Shown here: piece by piece, positions 28,030 to 42,105 of the stretch | How positions within the stretch are numbered: position 1 is the stretch's first letter | How the letters are laid out: the number at the start of each line of letters is the position of its first letter | DNA from: Eledone cirrhosa | Taxonomy: Eukaryota | DNA: 64,000 nucleotides | Reading direction: 5' to 3' | Assembly: GCA_964016885.1 (NCBI GenBank) | Contig: OZ024743.1 | Span: forward strand, 169,942,001 to 170,006,000 | Program-made: the position numbers and the translations under genes | Notes under the pieces: model-generated | What the model was told of the DNA's origin: nothing | Databases searched by the model: none | The model's input: the letters and a program-made list of their open reading frames with translations, nothing else

Positions 28030-30745
28030 TAATAATAATGTCCGTTTACAATTGTTTCGCTACTCCATATAATGTTTCTGGATCAAATGATTATAGATCA
28101 TTATTAATCTGGTTCATTATTAATCTGATTCAGAGGGCGGTGGATTGGCAGTATCGGTGGAGGGTCGGACGCCATGCTTTCCAGCATAGTTACGTCCCTT
28201 TACGATCTGAGTTCAAATCCCGCTGAGGTTGACTTTGCCTTTCATCCTTACGGAGTCGATAAAATAAAGTACCAGTAATACACTGGGTATTTGCTGGCCT
28301 TGTGCCTAAAGTAAAAACAATTATTAATCTGGTTCAGTTGAAAATAATTAACTTAGCTAAAAATAGAGCAGCTCATCGGAACTTCAAAACGAATATAAAT
28401 TAAAATAAGGAAAGAATGTTACATGAATGTAATGTTCCATATATTGGTATTTCACTATGGTGTCCTGGGTATATCTATTGTCTGCCATGGTTGAACAGTA
28501 TTCTTCTTTCGAGGCTGCATTGTGTGAGATCTGCCTATGCGTAACAAGATGGCCGCCAATGGACATATTTACCTTACTAATTAGAGGGTGGTTTCAGGGG
28601 AGGTAACTCCTCGAGAAATTAGAAATTGTGGGTAGTTTATAATTAAGAAGTGCTAATTTTTTAAATTTTTTAATTGAGAGACAATATAAGGGAGGTAACT
28701 TATAATTATCTAAGTTAGCTATAACTATTTAATTTATTAGCTACAAGAAAAAATGGGGCTAGATGACTATGTTGGGTCAAATATTCTGTTGGCAAAGGAA
28801 TTAGCCCTTCGATGTTGACAGCTAATAGTTACCTCCGTCTATCCTTAATCGGTAGAGGTCGTGATAGAGTTATGTAATATGCTTCGGTAAGACAGAGGTC
28901 ACAAGAGTTTCTTCGTCCATTGAACGGTTGGGCCCTAGCCAAGATATCCCATGTTAGTGAGTGTTCAATATTGGTTAATTTAAGGTTTTTAATGAAGCTA
29001 GTTGGAGATGTCGAACATCTGTTGTTAGGGTCTCGGAAGGAAAAGGAGTGCTCGTTATAGCGTACCTTAAAAGGGTTAGAGGTAGAGCCGATATAGGAGC
29101 TGGTATGCGAAGCAGTTTTAACTGTGCACCTATAAACTATATTGGGTGTCAGGTAATGTCCATTTAGTGGGCATGCAGTTGCAGTTACTTCTGCGGTTAG
29201 TGAGAGTAGGGTTGTTTAAACTAAGCGGTTGGTCAGTGCTAGAAGCATAGATGGGGGAGGTGTGCTACTAGAGTAAGTATTGGTGTAGTGGCGTGGTGTA
29301 TTTGATGGGGGTGGTGGTACCGCGGTGTGGGAGTTATACTGTCTTAGCTTATGATGGTTACTGAATGCGATGTGGCTAGCTAGGTTAGGTGTTGTGGAGA
29401 ATGTGATTTTAATGTTGTTTTTATTAAAGAGTTTGTAGTATCTATGGTTGGGGGGGGGTGTTTAGATAGGATAGAGAAGAAGCGTTTAGGGATACTAGTG
29501 GCTAGATTAGATGAGAATGGGGGGGGGGTTAAGCCACGTGATATTTCTAGGCCTATTCTTTCTAGGGATTCTAGTGGAGTTGGTAGGGGCCTTCATAGGG
29601 TTATTATTACCTGGGCATTTGTTATTTGTCATCCCATTGTTCATTCCTATTCTAGGGTTGATTTTTAGTTTGTTACTTGGAGTGGGAAGGAGGCTAGTGC
29701 CACCATTAAGGTTCCCTGTATAGGTGCTGTTACTGCTAAAATTCCGGCGAATCTGGCTATATGCTAAGGTATTTCTAGTTCTAGTGTTAAGTTTATTATG
29801 GTTGTGGTGAAGTGCTGTGTTATGGCATTTAGGTATGTAGTAAATGGACTGTTCATAACCAGATTCAGAGAGAGCCTTATTATAATATGCTGCATGGTTT
29901 ATAAATATCTCCTCATTTGCTGATAGCATGGAGATCCTATACGAGATAGATTTGATTACTGCTCTGATGACTGCCGGTGGGTGGTTACGGTGTGGGCTAA
30001 TATATGTAAGTATTTCACCTGGTTTATGATAAGGGTAATATAGGTTATTGTTAAGATCTAGGGTAACGTCTAGGAAGTTTACTACTTTATGGTTCGGCTC
30101 GGTGGTGATAGAGAGACCGTTATTTTTGAAGAATCTATGTAATTGTTTTTTGAGCAAGGTAACTATTAGCTGTCAACATCGAAGGGCTAATTCCTTCGCC
30201 AACAGAATATTTGACCCAACATAGTCATCTAGCCCCATTTTTACTTGTAGCTGATAAGTTTTAATAGTTATAGCTAACTTAGATAATTATAAGTTACCTC
30301 CCTTACATTGTCTCTCAATAAAAAAATAAAAAATTAGCACTTCTTAACTATAAACTACCCACAATTTCTAATTTCTCGAGGAGTTACTTCCCCTGAAACC
30401 ACCCTCAAATTAGTAAGGTAAATATGTCCATTGGCGGCCATCTTATTACACATAGGCAGATCTCACACAGTGCAGCCTCAACAGAAGAATGCTGCTCAAC
30501 TATGGCAGACATTAGATATACCCAGGACACCATAGTGAAATACCAATATATGGAACATTACATTCATGTAACATTCTTTCCTTATTTTAATTTATATTCG
30601 TTTTGAAGTTCCGATGAGCTGCTCTATTTTTACCTAAGTTAATTATTTTCAACTGAACCAGATCAATAATGATCTATAATCATTTGATCCAGAAACATTA
30701 TATGGAGTAGAGAAACAATTGTAAACGGACATTATTATTATTATT
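28030..30745 (-). mobile_element. Truncated Hydra-like PLE with ~600-bp inverted pLTR copies
   Basis: 28030-28833 is inverted at 30157-30745; internal VVNFLDVTLDL..YYPYHKP, ITWLNPP and decayed CPL..NIVY..YIGST on the minus strand. Confidence 0.8.
28133..28319 (+). mobile_element. tRNA-derived SINE (same family as 20638) with 17-bp TSD
   Basis: TSD ATTATTAATCTG(A/G)TTCA; absent from the inverted arm near 30660. Confidence 0.9.
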
Positions 30746-31044
30746 ATTAATATTATTATTATTATTATTCTCTACATTCCTTACATCAAACTAAAATATG
30801 TTCACAATCTTTTAATAATGTCTTCCTTGTGAAATTTGTGGTCTTGTTTTGCTTAACTAATGAATATTTCCAGCTCTGTGCACCTAATCTCTGCATGAAC
30901 CCAGCCACCTAGCTGCCTTCCACTGCATATTGCACATTGAGCACATGCCTTTACGCTTTGGCTTCTAACTAATTCACCAATCTCTCTTCTCCTCTCCTAT
31001 CTCCATCTCTCTCTTTAAGATTGGTTACTCTTGAACTGTATATG

Positions 31045-31090
<46 letters not shown>

Positions 31091-31133
31091 GGAATACTGT
31101 TGGCTTCTTGCTGCAATAATTTCTATACTTTTC

Positions 31134-31172
<39 letters not shown>

Positions 31173-31244
31173 GATATATATGTATATATGTAGATATATA
31201 TATATGTAGATTTATATATGTCGATGTGTATATCTATATATATA

Positions 31245-31353
31245 GGCATGGTCAGTCGACCAGACACTGCCCACAACAGGACAACCCGTCTAACCCATGC
31301 TAGCGTGGAAGAACGGACGTAAAACGGTGATGATGATGATGATGATGATGATG
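31245..31353 (+). mobile_element. RTE 3' end with (GAT)n tail
   Basis: AACCCATGCTAGCGTGGAA..GACGTAAAA..(GAT)n, as in the other RTE ends. Confidence 0.7.
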
Positions 31354-31384
31354 ATATATATGTAGATGTGTATATATATATATA

Positions 31385-33197
31385 CATGGTCGCACATGCA
31401 ATAGGGGCTAGTATCAAAACTACCCTAAAGGGCCACATATTCAAGTTCAACGAGAATATCTACACCCAAAATGAGGGAGCAGCCATTGGCATAGCTGGTG
31501 ACGTTGCTAACCTTTTTATGGTATGGTGGGAAAGGAGATTCAAAGATCTCCTTGATGAGAGCTCCATAGACCTCATCATGTACTCTCGTTACGTAGACGA
31601 CATCAATATAGTAATAAGGACATCCCCTCAAGAGAGCACTAACAAGTTTGATTTAGAACGTAGCACAATGGAAAGCATCCAGCAGATAGCTAATTCCATA
31701 CACCAGAGTATAACTGTAACTATCGACTACCCTTCCAAACACCCTAACAATAGACTACATGTATTAGACACGGAACTCTGGATTAACACTATAGACGAGA
31801 GAGCCCAAATTCTCCACTCACACTATGCTAAACCCATGGCCTCCAAATACCTGATACTCAAAAACTCAACAATGTCCAGTAGTGCTAAGTTTAATATTCT
31901 GATCGCAGATTTGGTACGAGTGATGAAGAACGTGTCCCGCATGTGCGACCCAACAGGAATGGAAAGACACATCCAACACATCATCAACCGCATGCAGTTC
32001 TCCAAAGAGACAGAATCAGAGTATACGAAGGAGCCACGGAGAAGTATAAGACCCTCATAGAACTGGACATGAAAGGAATTTGCCCATTATACAGGAGCAA
32101 ATCATGGAATAGCTTAGATAGGACTGGACATAAGATAGGGAAAGCCACCAGCCAGAGATATCAGAGTGTCATGTTTGTGGACGCTACCCCTGGAGGGAAA
32201 TTAGCTAACCAGTGTAGAAAGGCCCTGAGAAAGACCCACGGTGGTAGAAAAGCCAGGAACCACCATAAAATCCCTGATCATCAAAACCTACCCTTTTAAG
32301 AAAACCCACTGTACTAATAGGAAAGGTATCATATGTAAAGTAAACCCCCAGATAAACTGTAAATCTAGAAACGTAGTCTATAGCATAAGATGTACAGAGG
32401 GTACTTGCAGAAACATGACAACAACATACATAGGCGAGACAGCTCGTAGCATAGTTGAAAGGATAGACCAACACTGGGGGGAACTAAAAGGACGAAAAAC
32501 CGGTTCAGTACTATACGAACATGCCAGACAACAACACAACGGTAACATAGACAACATAGAAGTTAGAATAATATCTAAACATAGAAATGACCCAGCAGAT
32601 AGGCAAATCAGAGAGGCCAGCGAAATAGAACTTTAGCCAAGGCTAAACAGAAAAAATGAATGGAATAACAACACCCAAACAATCAACACTGACCTAAGAG
32701 AAGTATAAATAAATAAATAAATACATACACAAGCACAATAACAACAAACACATATAAACACACACTAGTAAACTAAGATAAAATACATTAACCAATACAC
32801 AGTCACCCAAACAAGAACACACATCAAACAAAACACTATACACACACGCAAACGCATGCGCAGAGAAGACAAAAAAATAAACAAATAAATAAATAAATAA
32901 ACAGACTAAATAAAGATGGCGTATGCATACAATGCAACAGGAGGAAACATAATAGCACCACTGACGATGTTGCAGATGTGCAACGAAAGAACTTTGATAG
33001 ACAATGTATATGTGTTTGTTTCTATATTGTATCTGTATTTTTGACTGTTGGTCAGTCAATGGTAACATTGAGGACCGAATAAATTAAATTAACCGATATA
33101 AAAGACACAGACACGAAAACCAACCAAACAGTGAGTGTGTTCTGTTATTAATTCTGGCAATATTATTACACAAATATGACCCTCCCCAAGTATAACT
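31385..33197 (+). mobile_element. 5'-truncated fingers-insertion PLE (RT B'-E, thumb, GIY-YIG, pLTR with HHR at 32955-33000)
   Basis: EGAAIG..AGDVANLFM; YSRYVDD; NVVYSIRC..YIGETARS; CUGACGA U GUUGCA-GAUG-UGCAAC GAAA GAAC UU. Confidence 0.88.
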
Positions 33198-33289
33198 ATA
33201 TATATATACATATAACTTTGATACGTTTCGGCCAGTATTGACCCAGGCCATGTCTAACTTAGTAGCACCACCTGGCGAAGTATTACAAA

Positions 33290-36040
33290 TCAGTGCTTGG
33301 GCACCATGGCCTACTCGAGCAGAGAGTTATTGTTTACGGAGGCATATCCGGGTGTAGGAGGATTATCCGGGATTTCTTAAAGGAATTTATCCAAAGACTT
33401 CTTGAACTTGATGGGGTCTGTCTCTGCTTTGATGTGTTTTGGTGTAATGTTAAAGAGTGCAGGGCCAATTGAGGTGAAATAATTGTGCCGTATTGTTGTT
33501 ATGTGATGCGAGTGGGATTTTTGTCGTGGGCGGATAGCACGGGGCCCAAGCCTTGGGTGTACACTAAAGGTGATGCCAACATCATTTGGGCTAAGCTGAT
33601 GGAATATTTTCCACATCATACAGATAATCTAGCGCTCACGGCGACGTTGAAGAGAATAAAGTTTGAGCTTTTCTAATCGACCCCAATAGTCAAGGCCTGT
33701 CATGCCAACTATCTTTTCTGTAATTGACCTTTGGGGTGCTTCAACTTTCATGATACTTTGTTTCATGTGGGGTCGGGCAAATGTGGAGAAGAGAAGGACA
33801 ACAGTGTGGATATCTCTCGACTGGAAAGTTCTGAGAATCCAGGAACACATTCTGTGGCCATATCAACTTAGCTGTTTATATGAGTAGCCCAGCTTATTTT
33901 GTTGTCCACAATTACTCCCAGGTCTCCGATGTTTTTGGAAGCCACTAGAATTTCACCCGTAGGAAGAGACTATGGTAGTTTCAAGGCATCCTTTTTTCCA
34001 AAGTGGATTAGTTCAAATTTATCCTCATTCAACAGCATATTATTCATCTCTGCCCATTGGATAAAAGCCAGTAGGGCTGACTGAAGGCAAGTCCGGTCAC
34101 CCACCTCATTGATGAACCTTTGAACCTTGAAATCATCTGCGAAGATTCTGATGTTGCTGTGTTTGATGATGTCAGTAATGTCATTAATGTAGATGACGAA
34201 AAGAAGTGGGCCCAACACAGTGCCTTGCGGGATGCCACTGCTGACTTTGGCTGGGCTTAATTTCACTCCATCGACTACAACATGTTGGGCTCTGTCTGTC
34301 AGGAAACATTTGATCCACTGTAGTAACCTTCCAGAGCCACCAACATTGGATAGCTTTTTCAGTAGAATCTTATGATCAACTCAGTCAAAGGCCTTGTTGA
34401 AATCAAGGTAGATGACATCAGTGTTGGAGCCCTCTCCCAAGGCTCTCAAAACATAGTCAAAGTGATGCAGGAGCTGTGTTAGGCAGTCTCTTCCATTACG
34501 GAATCCATGTTGGTTGGAGTTCAGCAGGCCGTTGCTTTCAAGAAAGTGGGTTATTCGTGATCTCACCACCCTCTCAAATACCTTGATAATATGAGAGGTG
34601 AGTGATATCGGACGGTAGTTCACTGCAAGGGTCTTATTTCCCTTTTTGATGACTGGGACAACGGACTGGGACAGAAAGTTTTCAGGAATATAGCCAGTGT
34701 CCAGTGAGTTCCTCCACAGATTAGCAAGAGGAGTTGCAAGTTGGTGTCGACACACCTTCAGGACACAAGCAGGGAACCTGTCGGGGCCAACTGCTGAATT
34801 GTGTTTAATTTCGTTTATTGCTGCTAAGACATCAGGGGCGCCAAACGTTATGTCTGATATAGTGTGTTGGGGGTTAATATCACTGATACGGCCCAGATCA
34901 ACCATATCAGGGTTGCTGAAAACAGAGCAGTATTGTTTCTGAAGTATCTCGCCCATGGTTTTGGCATTATCCTGGAGTGTGCCATTTTCATCAACTAAGG
35001 GGCCAACAGTGGAGACGGTGACCTTGTGTTTTTTAGTGAATGAGAAGAACATTTTGGGGGTTGAGTTTGATTTTCTCAATGGCCTACCTCTCTTCAGCTA
35101 TTGTCTGGTTATTGATGATGGTCATCATGCATTGCTGGAGGTTATATTTTTTTGACTCAGCAGGGTGATAGCCATTGAATGTATGTGTTGCTGTTGGCAG
35201 TATTTTAGTGAATTAATTTTTTTTGTTTGTTCTTTTTATTTTTCTGATAATTGTTTTTCTGTTTTTGGGGATACTGCACTTGGTTTTTTTCACAGGTTTT
35301 GGTGGGGTGTGTTTTGTACATATATTTGTGACAGTGTCTACAAAGATCTGCCAAGATGTTTTGATGTTGGTGGAAGTGTGTGTGTGTGTGTAAAAGACCA
35401 GTCGACATGTGATAGTTTGTTCATAATTACATCCCAGTTGGTATTGTGGAGATCCATGTTATCAAATGGGTGGGCTGGAGAGAGGACCCTGGGATTAGCT
35501 TTCAGCTGGTGGAATCTCAGGTTACAAAGAACCATGTCATGGTCTGAGAGAAGGGTTTTTTCCACTGTAATATTATGAATAGTGTTAGTGTGGTTACTAA
35601 ACACTAGATCTTGAATGTTCTTCTGATGCCTCGTTGGTGCAAGGACAAGTTGGGACAAGAAAAACTCATTCATGAAGCCAAGAAGTGACTCAACAGCCTC
35701 TTTGTCAGTGGTTGAGGCTGTGGAGCCTGGTTTCAAACTACATGTAGACCAATCGACACAGGGTAGATTAAAGTCTCCCATCAAAAGTATGTTGCTAGAA
35801 TGGCACTGTTTAATAAAGCATTTAATACTGTTGAGGCATTCTTTGAAACAGATTATGGGTGTTTGTGGCGGCCTATAGAGCCCAACTAATGTCAGGTCAT
35901 TGGCTTTATTGTGCACAGTGACTGATTCACAGTATCCATTAGAGAATGTTGTGTTGCTATCTGCCGTAAAGGAATCATGCAGGAAAATGGCAGTTCCACT
36001 CTTCCTTCTGCCAACACGATCCGCATGGATGGTTGTGAAA
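33290..36040 (-). mobile_element. CR1-group LINE ORF2 (APE + RT), disrupted
   Basis: LYRPP; MGDFNLP; LSDH; NYRPISLTSHIIKVFE; QHGFR; YLDFNKAFD; SGIPQGTVLGPLLF; FADD; LYSLQRRRER. Confidence 0.88.
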
Positions 36041-36059
36041 TATATATATATACATATCT

Positions 36060-36312
36060 ATCTATCTAAGGCGGGTAAAATTCCCGAGATCCATGGACGA
36101 GTTTTTTCCAGCGGTCTCTGTCCCTCATTATCGCTGCCATATCCTGCATCTCCAACAGACAAGTGTCTGTCCTTAGGGCATCAACATATGTTAACCTTGG
36201 TCTTCCTCTTCTAGTGTGTCCATGTAGGGGCTCCCAAAGGAGCACTGAGTGCAATGTCAACTCTGAATGTCGGTGAGCATGTCCAGCCAACCTCAGTCTC
36301 CTCTGTGTCACT
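36060..36312 (-). mobile_element. 3' fragment of an RTE-group LINE (second family)
   Basis: RRLRLAGHAHRH..LLWEP.HG..RRGRP..TYVD. Confidence 0.7.
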
Positions 36313-36338
36313 TCGTAGATATATACATATACATATGT

Positions 36339-36397
<59 letters not shown>

Positions 36398-36403
<6 letters not shown>

Positions 36404-37519
36404 CGAAACATAAGTCAATTGCATGAACTCATAATCCTTTATTTACTGCTATATATATTTCGAGGATAGCCATTGAATGGCTATGACCTCATCAGGCAGT
36501 TAGTCACTTCTTAGATATGCCAGCTCTGTGTGTATAGTGTTGATGGTATCAGAGCATTGGGACATATGAGCTTGTTAGGAATACTTTGATGTTGTCAGCA
36601 GGAATAGTCTTGATTCTCATTGGTCAGTTTGTAGATGGTAGTAGGTTGGTAACCACGCGGTACATGTGGTGGGGCTTAAGAAGTCATGTAATTGCAGAGA
36701 CCCATCGCAATGAATGCATGACCAAAAACGTAGTCTACAGGTGTAAGGTCACAACCCCTAACTCGGAGCACCACTACATAGGATCCACAGCGATGAGCTT
36801 CAAAGCTCGGTGGTATAACCATCGCCATTCCTTTAACAGAATAGATAAGAGGAAATGTACGGCCCTTTCTGAATTGATCAGGAAGCTCAAACTTGAAAAG
36901 ACCCCGCACTCTCTGGTCTGGTCCGAGGTTAGAAAGGTTCCCCAGACAGAGGCGGGTCTGGTATTTGCAACCTCTTTCTTAGTGAGACACTCGAGATTCT
37001 TCATGGCGGAACCAAGCTATTAAACAGAAGGGCCGACTTATTCGGTGCCTGCGGACACCTAAGGACGGGAACTTTCCTCAAGCTATATGGATAAACCCCG
37101 TTTACGCCCCGCCCCCCCCCCCCCCGGTAGGTCCCCTACACCCCGTACCAATAACCAATGGACAACAACAACCACCCATGGTTTGCGGTCCCTATGGTGG
37201 ATGGTCCACCGGATCCTCTACTGGTTAGGAGTCATCTAAACTACATTTCATTGAACCTGATTTTATATATATATGTATATATGTATCATGTGTATATATA
37301 TATGTATTTTATGTGTATGTATGCGTATTTTATATATGTGTGCGTATCTGTATGTATATATTTTATATATATATGTGTGTGTATATGTGTGTGTATTTTA
37401 TATATATATATATATGTATGTTTTACGTGTGTATATATTTTGTGTGTGTGTGTATATATATATTTTTTATATTTTTGTATGTATATATTTTATATATATG
37501 TATGTTGTGTGTATATATA

Positions 37520-37557
<38 letters not shown>

Positions 37558-38290
37558 ATACTTGTGCGTACATGCATTCATGCATATATATATATATACA
37601 CACACCTGTAGGGATTTGTGTGTGTAGATGTGTGAGTGTTTGAGGGGGTAGGTGTGAGTGTATGTACAAGTCAACCAGCATAAACCTTTTATTTCTAAAT
37701 TTTCTAAACTATCTAAGTATTGGACTCTAACCATTATATTAAGTATTACCACCCCACTTTTTGTATGTGTGGAGGTGGGTGTGAGTGTAGTGCAAGCCAA
37801 CCTACATAAGTCTTTTTATTTGTAAATTTTCTACTTCAACCATAAATTTCAGTAGCACCACTCCACATAAATTGCTCAATTTAAGAATGACCTGTAGTAT
37901 CTATTTCATACTATTAACCTTATTAGAAAATATATCTGACCAAGAATGCCTTTTGTGAAAATCAGTCATATGGAACTATTGTCATCTTGCCAGACGGTTT
38001 GAACCTTACAGACCACCTGCCTCTTTGAGGTCAAATACCAACCTACTACCATCTACAAACTGACCAATGAGAATCAAGACTATTCCTGCTGACAACATCA
38101 AAGTATTCCTAACAAGCTCATATGTCCCAAGGCTCTGATACCATCAACACTATACTCACAGAGCTGGCATATCTAAGAACTGACTAACTGCCTGATGAGG
38201 TCATAGCCATTCAATGGCTATCATCGAAATATATATAGCAGTAAATAAAGGATTATGAGTTCATGCAATTGACTTATGTTTCGTCACTAT
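36398..38290 (+). mobile_element. Truncated Hydra-like PLE (GIY-YIG fragment) with inverted pLTR ends
   Basis: CMTKNVVYRCKV..YIGSTAMSFKARWYNH; 36398-36650 is inverted at 38036-38290. Confidence 0.8.
38187..38242 (+). ncRNA. Hammerhead ribozyme (inverted twin at 36445-36500)
   Basis: ACUGC CUGAUGA GGUC AUAGCCAUU-C-AAUGGCUAU CAUC GAAA UAUAUA UA GCAGU. Confidence 0.8.
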
Positions 38291-38407
38291 TATAACTCCG
38301 GAACATATATCTTCGTTGAGTGCTCCCTATCTGCATACTGAAGTACTGGATTTTACCAACACTTACTTTCTTGCTTATATATATATATATATGTATATAT
38401 ATATACA

Positions 38408-39225
38408 TGAAAGGCAGGTGATATGATGCCTGCATTCGAACAGCAATGCTGCATGGCAGTGAGACCTGGGCATTGTGTGCAGAGGATATACGCAGACTAG
38501 AGAGGAACGAAGCTTGCATGCTCCGCTGGATGTGTAATAGTAATATACGTGAACGGCTAAGCATAAACGAACTAAGGAAAAAATTAGAAATAAGAGGGAT
38601 CAGATGTTGTTTATTAGAGAGAAGGCTACGTTGGTATGGTCACGTGATGCGCATGAAAGACGACAGCTGTATAACAAAGTGCAGGGCAATAAAGATAGAC
38701 GGTAGCCACGGAGTAGGCAGACCCAGAAAAACCTGGGACGACATGATAAATTCCGACCTCACACGCTTACACCTCTCCAAGACAATGTCACTGGACCGAG
38801 ACCTTTGGCGGTACTCAGTAATAGAGAATAGCCGCCTTACCTAAATACAAAGTAAAACCTACTACAGTCAGTAGGCATCTCTAACAAAACACACCCCCGT
38901 CCCACCCCATCCACACCGCCCCTTTCAATGTAAAGTTATGTTGGTGCCACAACATCCAGGCCGAAACAAATGAGATCGTGTAGGTGTCATGACAAAAAAC
39001 ACACAGTCCACGCTGTAATGTGGCCGTGTAGGCAACACGGTAAAAACCTCCCAGCCCCACACCGTAAATGGGGTTGGTGTTAGGAAGGGCATCCAGCTGT
39101 AGAAAACCCGCCAGACAGTCCTATGCGAGCAAGACAATCACTCTTGCCTCAAGTGGGAAAACCCCCGTCCAAACCCATGTAAGCGTGGAACAAGGACGTT
39201 AAACGTTGATGATGATGATGATGAT
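38408..39225 (+). mobile_element. RTE LINE 3' fragment with (GAT)n tail
   Basis: MLHGSETW..RRLRWYGHVMR..GRPRKTW; 3' UTR shared with 54065-54450 and 58130-58487. Confidence 0.88.
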
Positions 39226-39291
39226 ACATATATATATATATATATATATATAGTAATAATAATAAAATTGAAGACTAAAATACACACACAC

Positions 39292-39371
<80 letters not shown>

Positions 39372-39887
39372 ATATATACAGTATATAAGCAAAAGGGATA
39401 TTTAATTTGTTGGTAATTCAACAAATATATATAATTATCGAAGCACTCGACACAAGTTTTCTGGAGTATAATATCAATGATATTAATAAATGGAAACTAT
39501 ATTTATAAAACCATATTTATTCAATTATATATATTTCAAGGGTACTAAAACTTTGGTACGCTCTCATCAGATAAAATACAAAGTTTGTTGGATGAAAATA
39601 TTTGAATCTACAAATTGTTCTTCTCTTACAATTTGAACTACGTCTTTTTCTTAAATATTTATGTAAAATGTAAAATCAACAACCTTCGTAACTCATATTA
39701 GAAATGTAAACAATAAATACGTGCGTTTTATTTCTATAAAATCACTAATACTTATACTTGCGCACTTATTAATCTATATAGATATTTATATACTTACAAC
39801 CTGTTGTAATATAATAAGATAAAATGTACTTACAACCATAATTTTTCATATAATCTAATTGATTATATATATAATATTATAACTCAT

Positions 39888-39982
39888 AATTGTTTCTACT
39901 TTTGACACAAGGCCACCAATTATCCCAGTGCATTACTGGTACTTTATTTTGTCGACCCCGTAAGGATGAAAGGCATAGCTAA
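39888..39982 (-). mobile_element. SINE 3' fragment
   Basis: Reverse complement of the 20740-20825 portion. Confidence 0.7.
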
Positions 39983-40280
39983 ATATTTTTTAAAATTCTG
40001 GAATCATATTCCACCATTCCTACCAACTGTTAATTCTGTTAAATTCACATAAATACATCTTTTCTTTCCTTCTCTTTCTTCTTCCTACACATACATATAT
40101 ATATCCTAATAATTATTTAAATCTAGCTAGCGTCTAAAAATATACCTCAAACTCATTTCCATACTCATCTTAATAATTTGAAATATTTGACTTTTCTTCT
40201 CTTTCCCTTCTTTCCTTTACTATCCAGGAAAATACGATCTCCTTCCTGGATATGTCAATATTTATGAAACAAACTTTGTA

Positions 40281-40336
40281 TTTTATCTGATGAGAGCGTA
40301 CCAAAGTTTGGTACCCTTGAAATATATATAATAGAA
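40281..40336 (+). ncRNA. Hammerhead ribozyme (inverted twin at 39521-39576)
   Basis: UUUUAU CUGAUGA GAGCGUACC-AAAGUUU-GGUACCCUU GAAA UAUAUA UA AUAGAA. Confidence 0.8.
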
Positions 40337-40519
40337 TAAATATGGTTTTATAAATATAGTTTCCATTTATTAATATCATTGAGACCCTCCATCTCAACTC
40401 TACTTTTGAAAAGCAGAAGAACTGCGAAACCGGTAAAGGAATCAAATAAATATATATATATTTTTTAAAATAAGACTCCAGTTGCATTTTCTATTTCATC
40501 TTTTTTCCTTATATATATA

Positions 40520-40965
40520 TATCATCATCATCACCATTTAGCATAGGTTAGACGGGTTGTCCTGTTGTGGGCAGTATCTGGTCGGCTGACACTGCTCATA
40601 CAGGAACTGATTTGTGGCTTGATTTCTACAGCTGGATGCCCTTCCTAACACCAACCTCATTTACAGTGAGTGCTGGGTGCTTTTTCCGTGGCGCCTACAC
40701 GTCCACTTTACAGTGTAGGTTGGGTGCTTTTTTGCCGTGGCACCTCCACGACTACCTTGCAGTGGGAGGGTGTGGTGGCATATTGTCTATATGCTTCAGC
40801 TTGTACCCATGGGAGGTCGGGTACTCTGTATTACTGCGTGACGCCAGAGGTCACGGTCGTGTGTCATCGCCTTTGAGAGGTGTAATTGGGTAAGATAGGC
40901 TTTTATCACGTCATCCCAGGTCTTCTTGGGTCTCCCCACTCCGCGGTTTCCATTGACTTCTAGTC
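40520..40965 (-). mobile_element. RTE LINE 3' UTR fragment
   Basis: GRPKKTWDDV; CTACAGCTGGATGCCCTTCC motif; (CAT)n tail. Confidence 0.75.
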
Positions 40966-41046
40966 AATGGAACACAATTGTATACCTAATAATCCACAAT
41001 TGTACAGCTTTCACAATTGTGGATTATTAGGTTCACGCTTTTGAGA

Positions 41047-41116
<70 letters not shown>

Positions 41117-41322
41117 CACACTCTCAAAAGCGTGAACCTAATAATCCACCATTTGTACTGCTTCTCTGTTTTTGTTCCTGTCTAAGATTTAACTATATAT
41201 ATATATTTGTATGTAGATATATATATATATATGTGTGTATATGTATATAAGTGTGTTTATATATATATATATGTATGTGTATATATATATGTATGTTTGT
41301 GTGTGTGTGTGTATATATATAT

Positions 41323-41829
41323 ATGAAAAATGGTAAGGCTGCTGGACCATCGGGAATAGTTGCTGAGATGCTGAAGGCATCAGGGGACACAGGCACTAAG
41401 CTGGTTGCACGCATCATCAATCAGGCTATATATGGTGGTGTCATACCCAAAGACTGGTGCAGCAGTATTCTCATAAATTGCTACAAAGGTAAAGGGGATG
41501 CTCTGGAGAGGAGCAATTATAGAGGTATGAAACTGGTGGATCAGGTTATGAAAGTGGCAGAAAGGATATTAGCACAACTAATTAGAGAAAGGGTCAAACT
41601 TGATGAGATGCAGTTTGGTTTTGTGCCTGGCAAGAGTACAACAGATGCCCTCTTCTTGGTGAGACAATTGCAAGAGAGGTTCTTAGAGAAAAATAAGCCA
41701 CTATACTTAGCCTTTGTTGACCTAGAGAAGGCCTTTGATAGGGTACCCTGATCTGTCATCTGGTGGTCCCTAAGGAAACTAGGTGTTGAGGAATGGCTTG
41801 TGAGGACAGTGCAAACTTTGTACAGAGGT
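41323..41829 (+). mobile_element. RTE RT fragment
   Basis: GKAAGPSGIVAEML..NYRGMKL..FVDLEKAFDRVP. Confidence 0.88.
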
Positions 41830-41870
41830 TACTATTTCTCACTCTCCTGCAATTGTTATTGTTATGACTA

Positions 41871-42052
41871 TCTATATAGTACTAAAACTCTGATCTTGAT
41901 TGTTTGCTTGCTTGCTTGCACACACTTTCTCTCTCTATATATATGTTCATATTTGTGTATATAGAGGTTGTCCCCCCCAAAAATGTATACCCGCTTTGAT
42001 TGCCTATACATGCATTATTTGTTAGGATGGTGTATACATTTTTAGCGACCCC

Positions 42053-42105
<53 letters not shown>

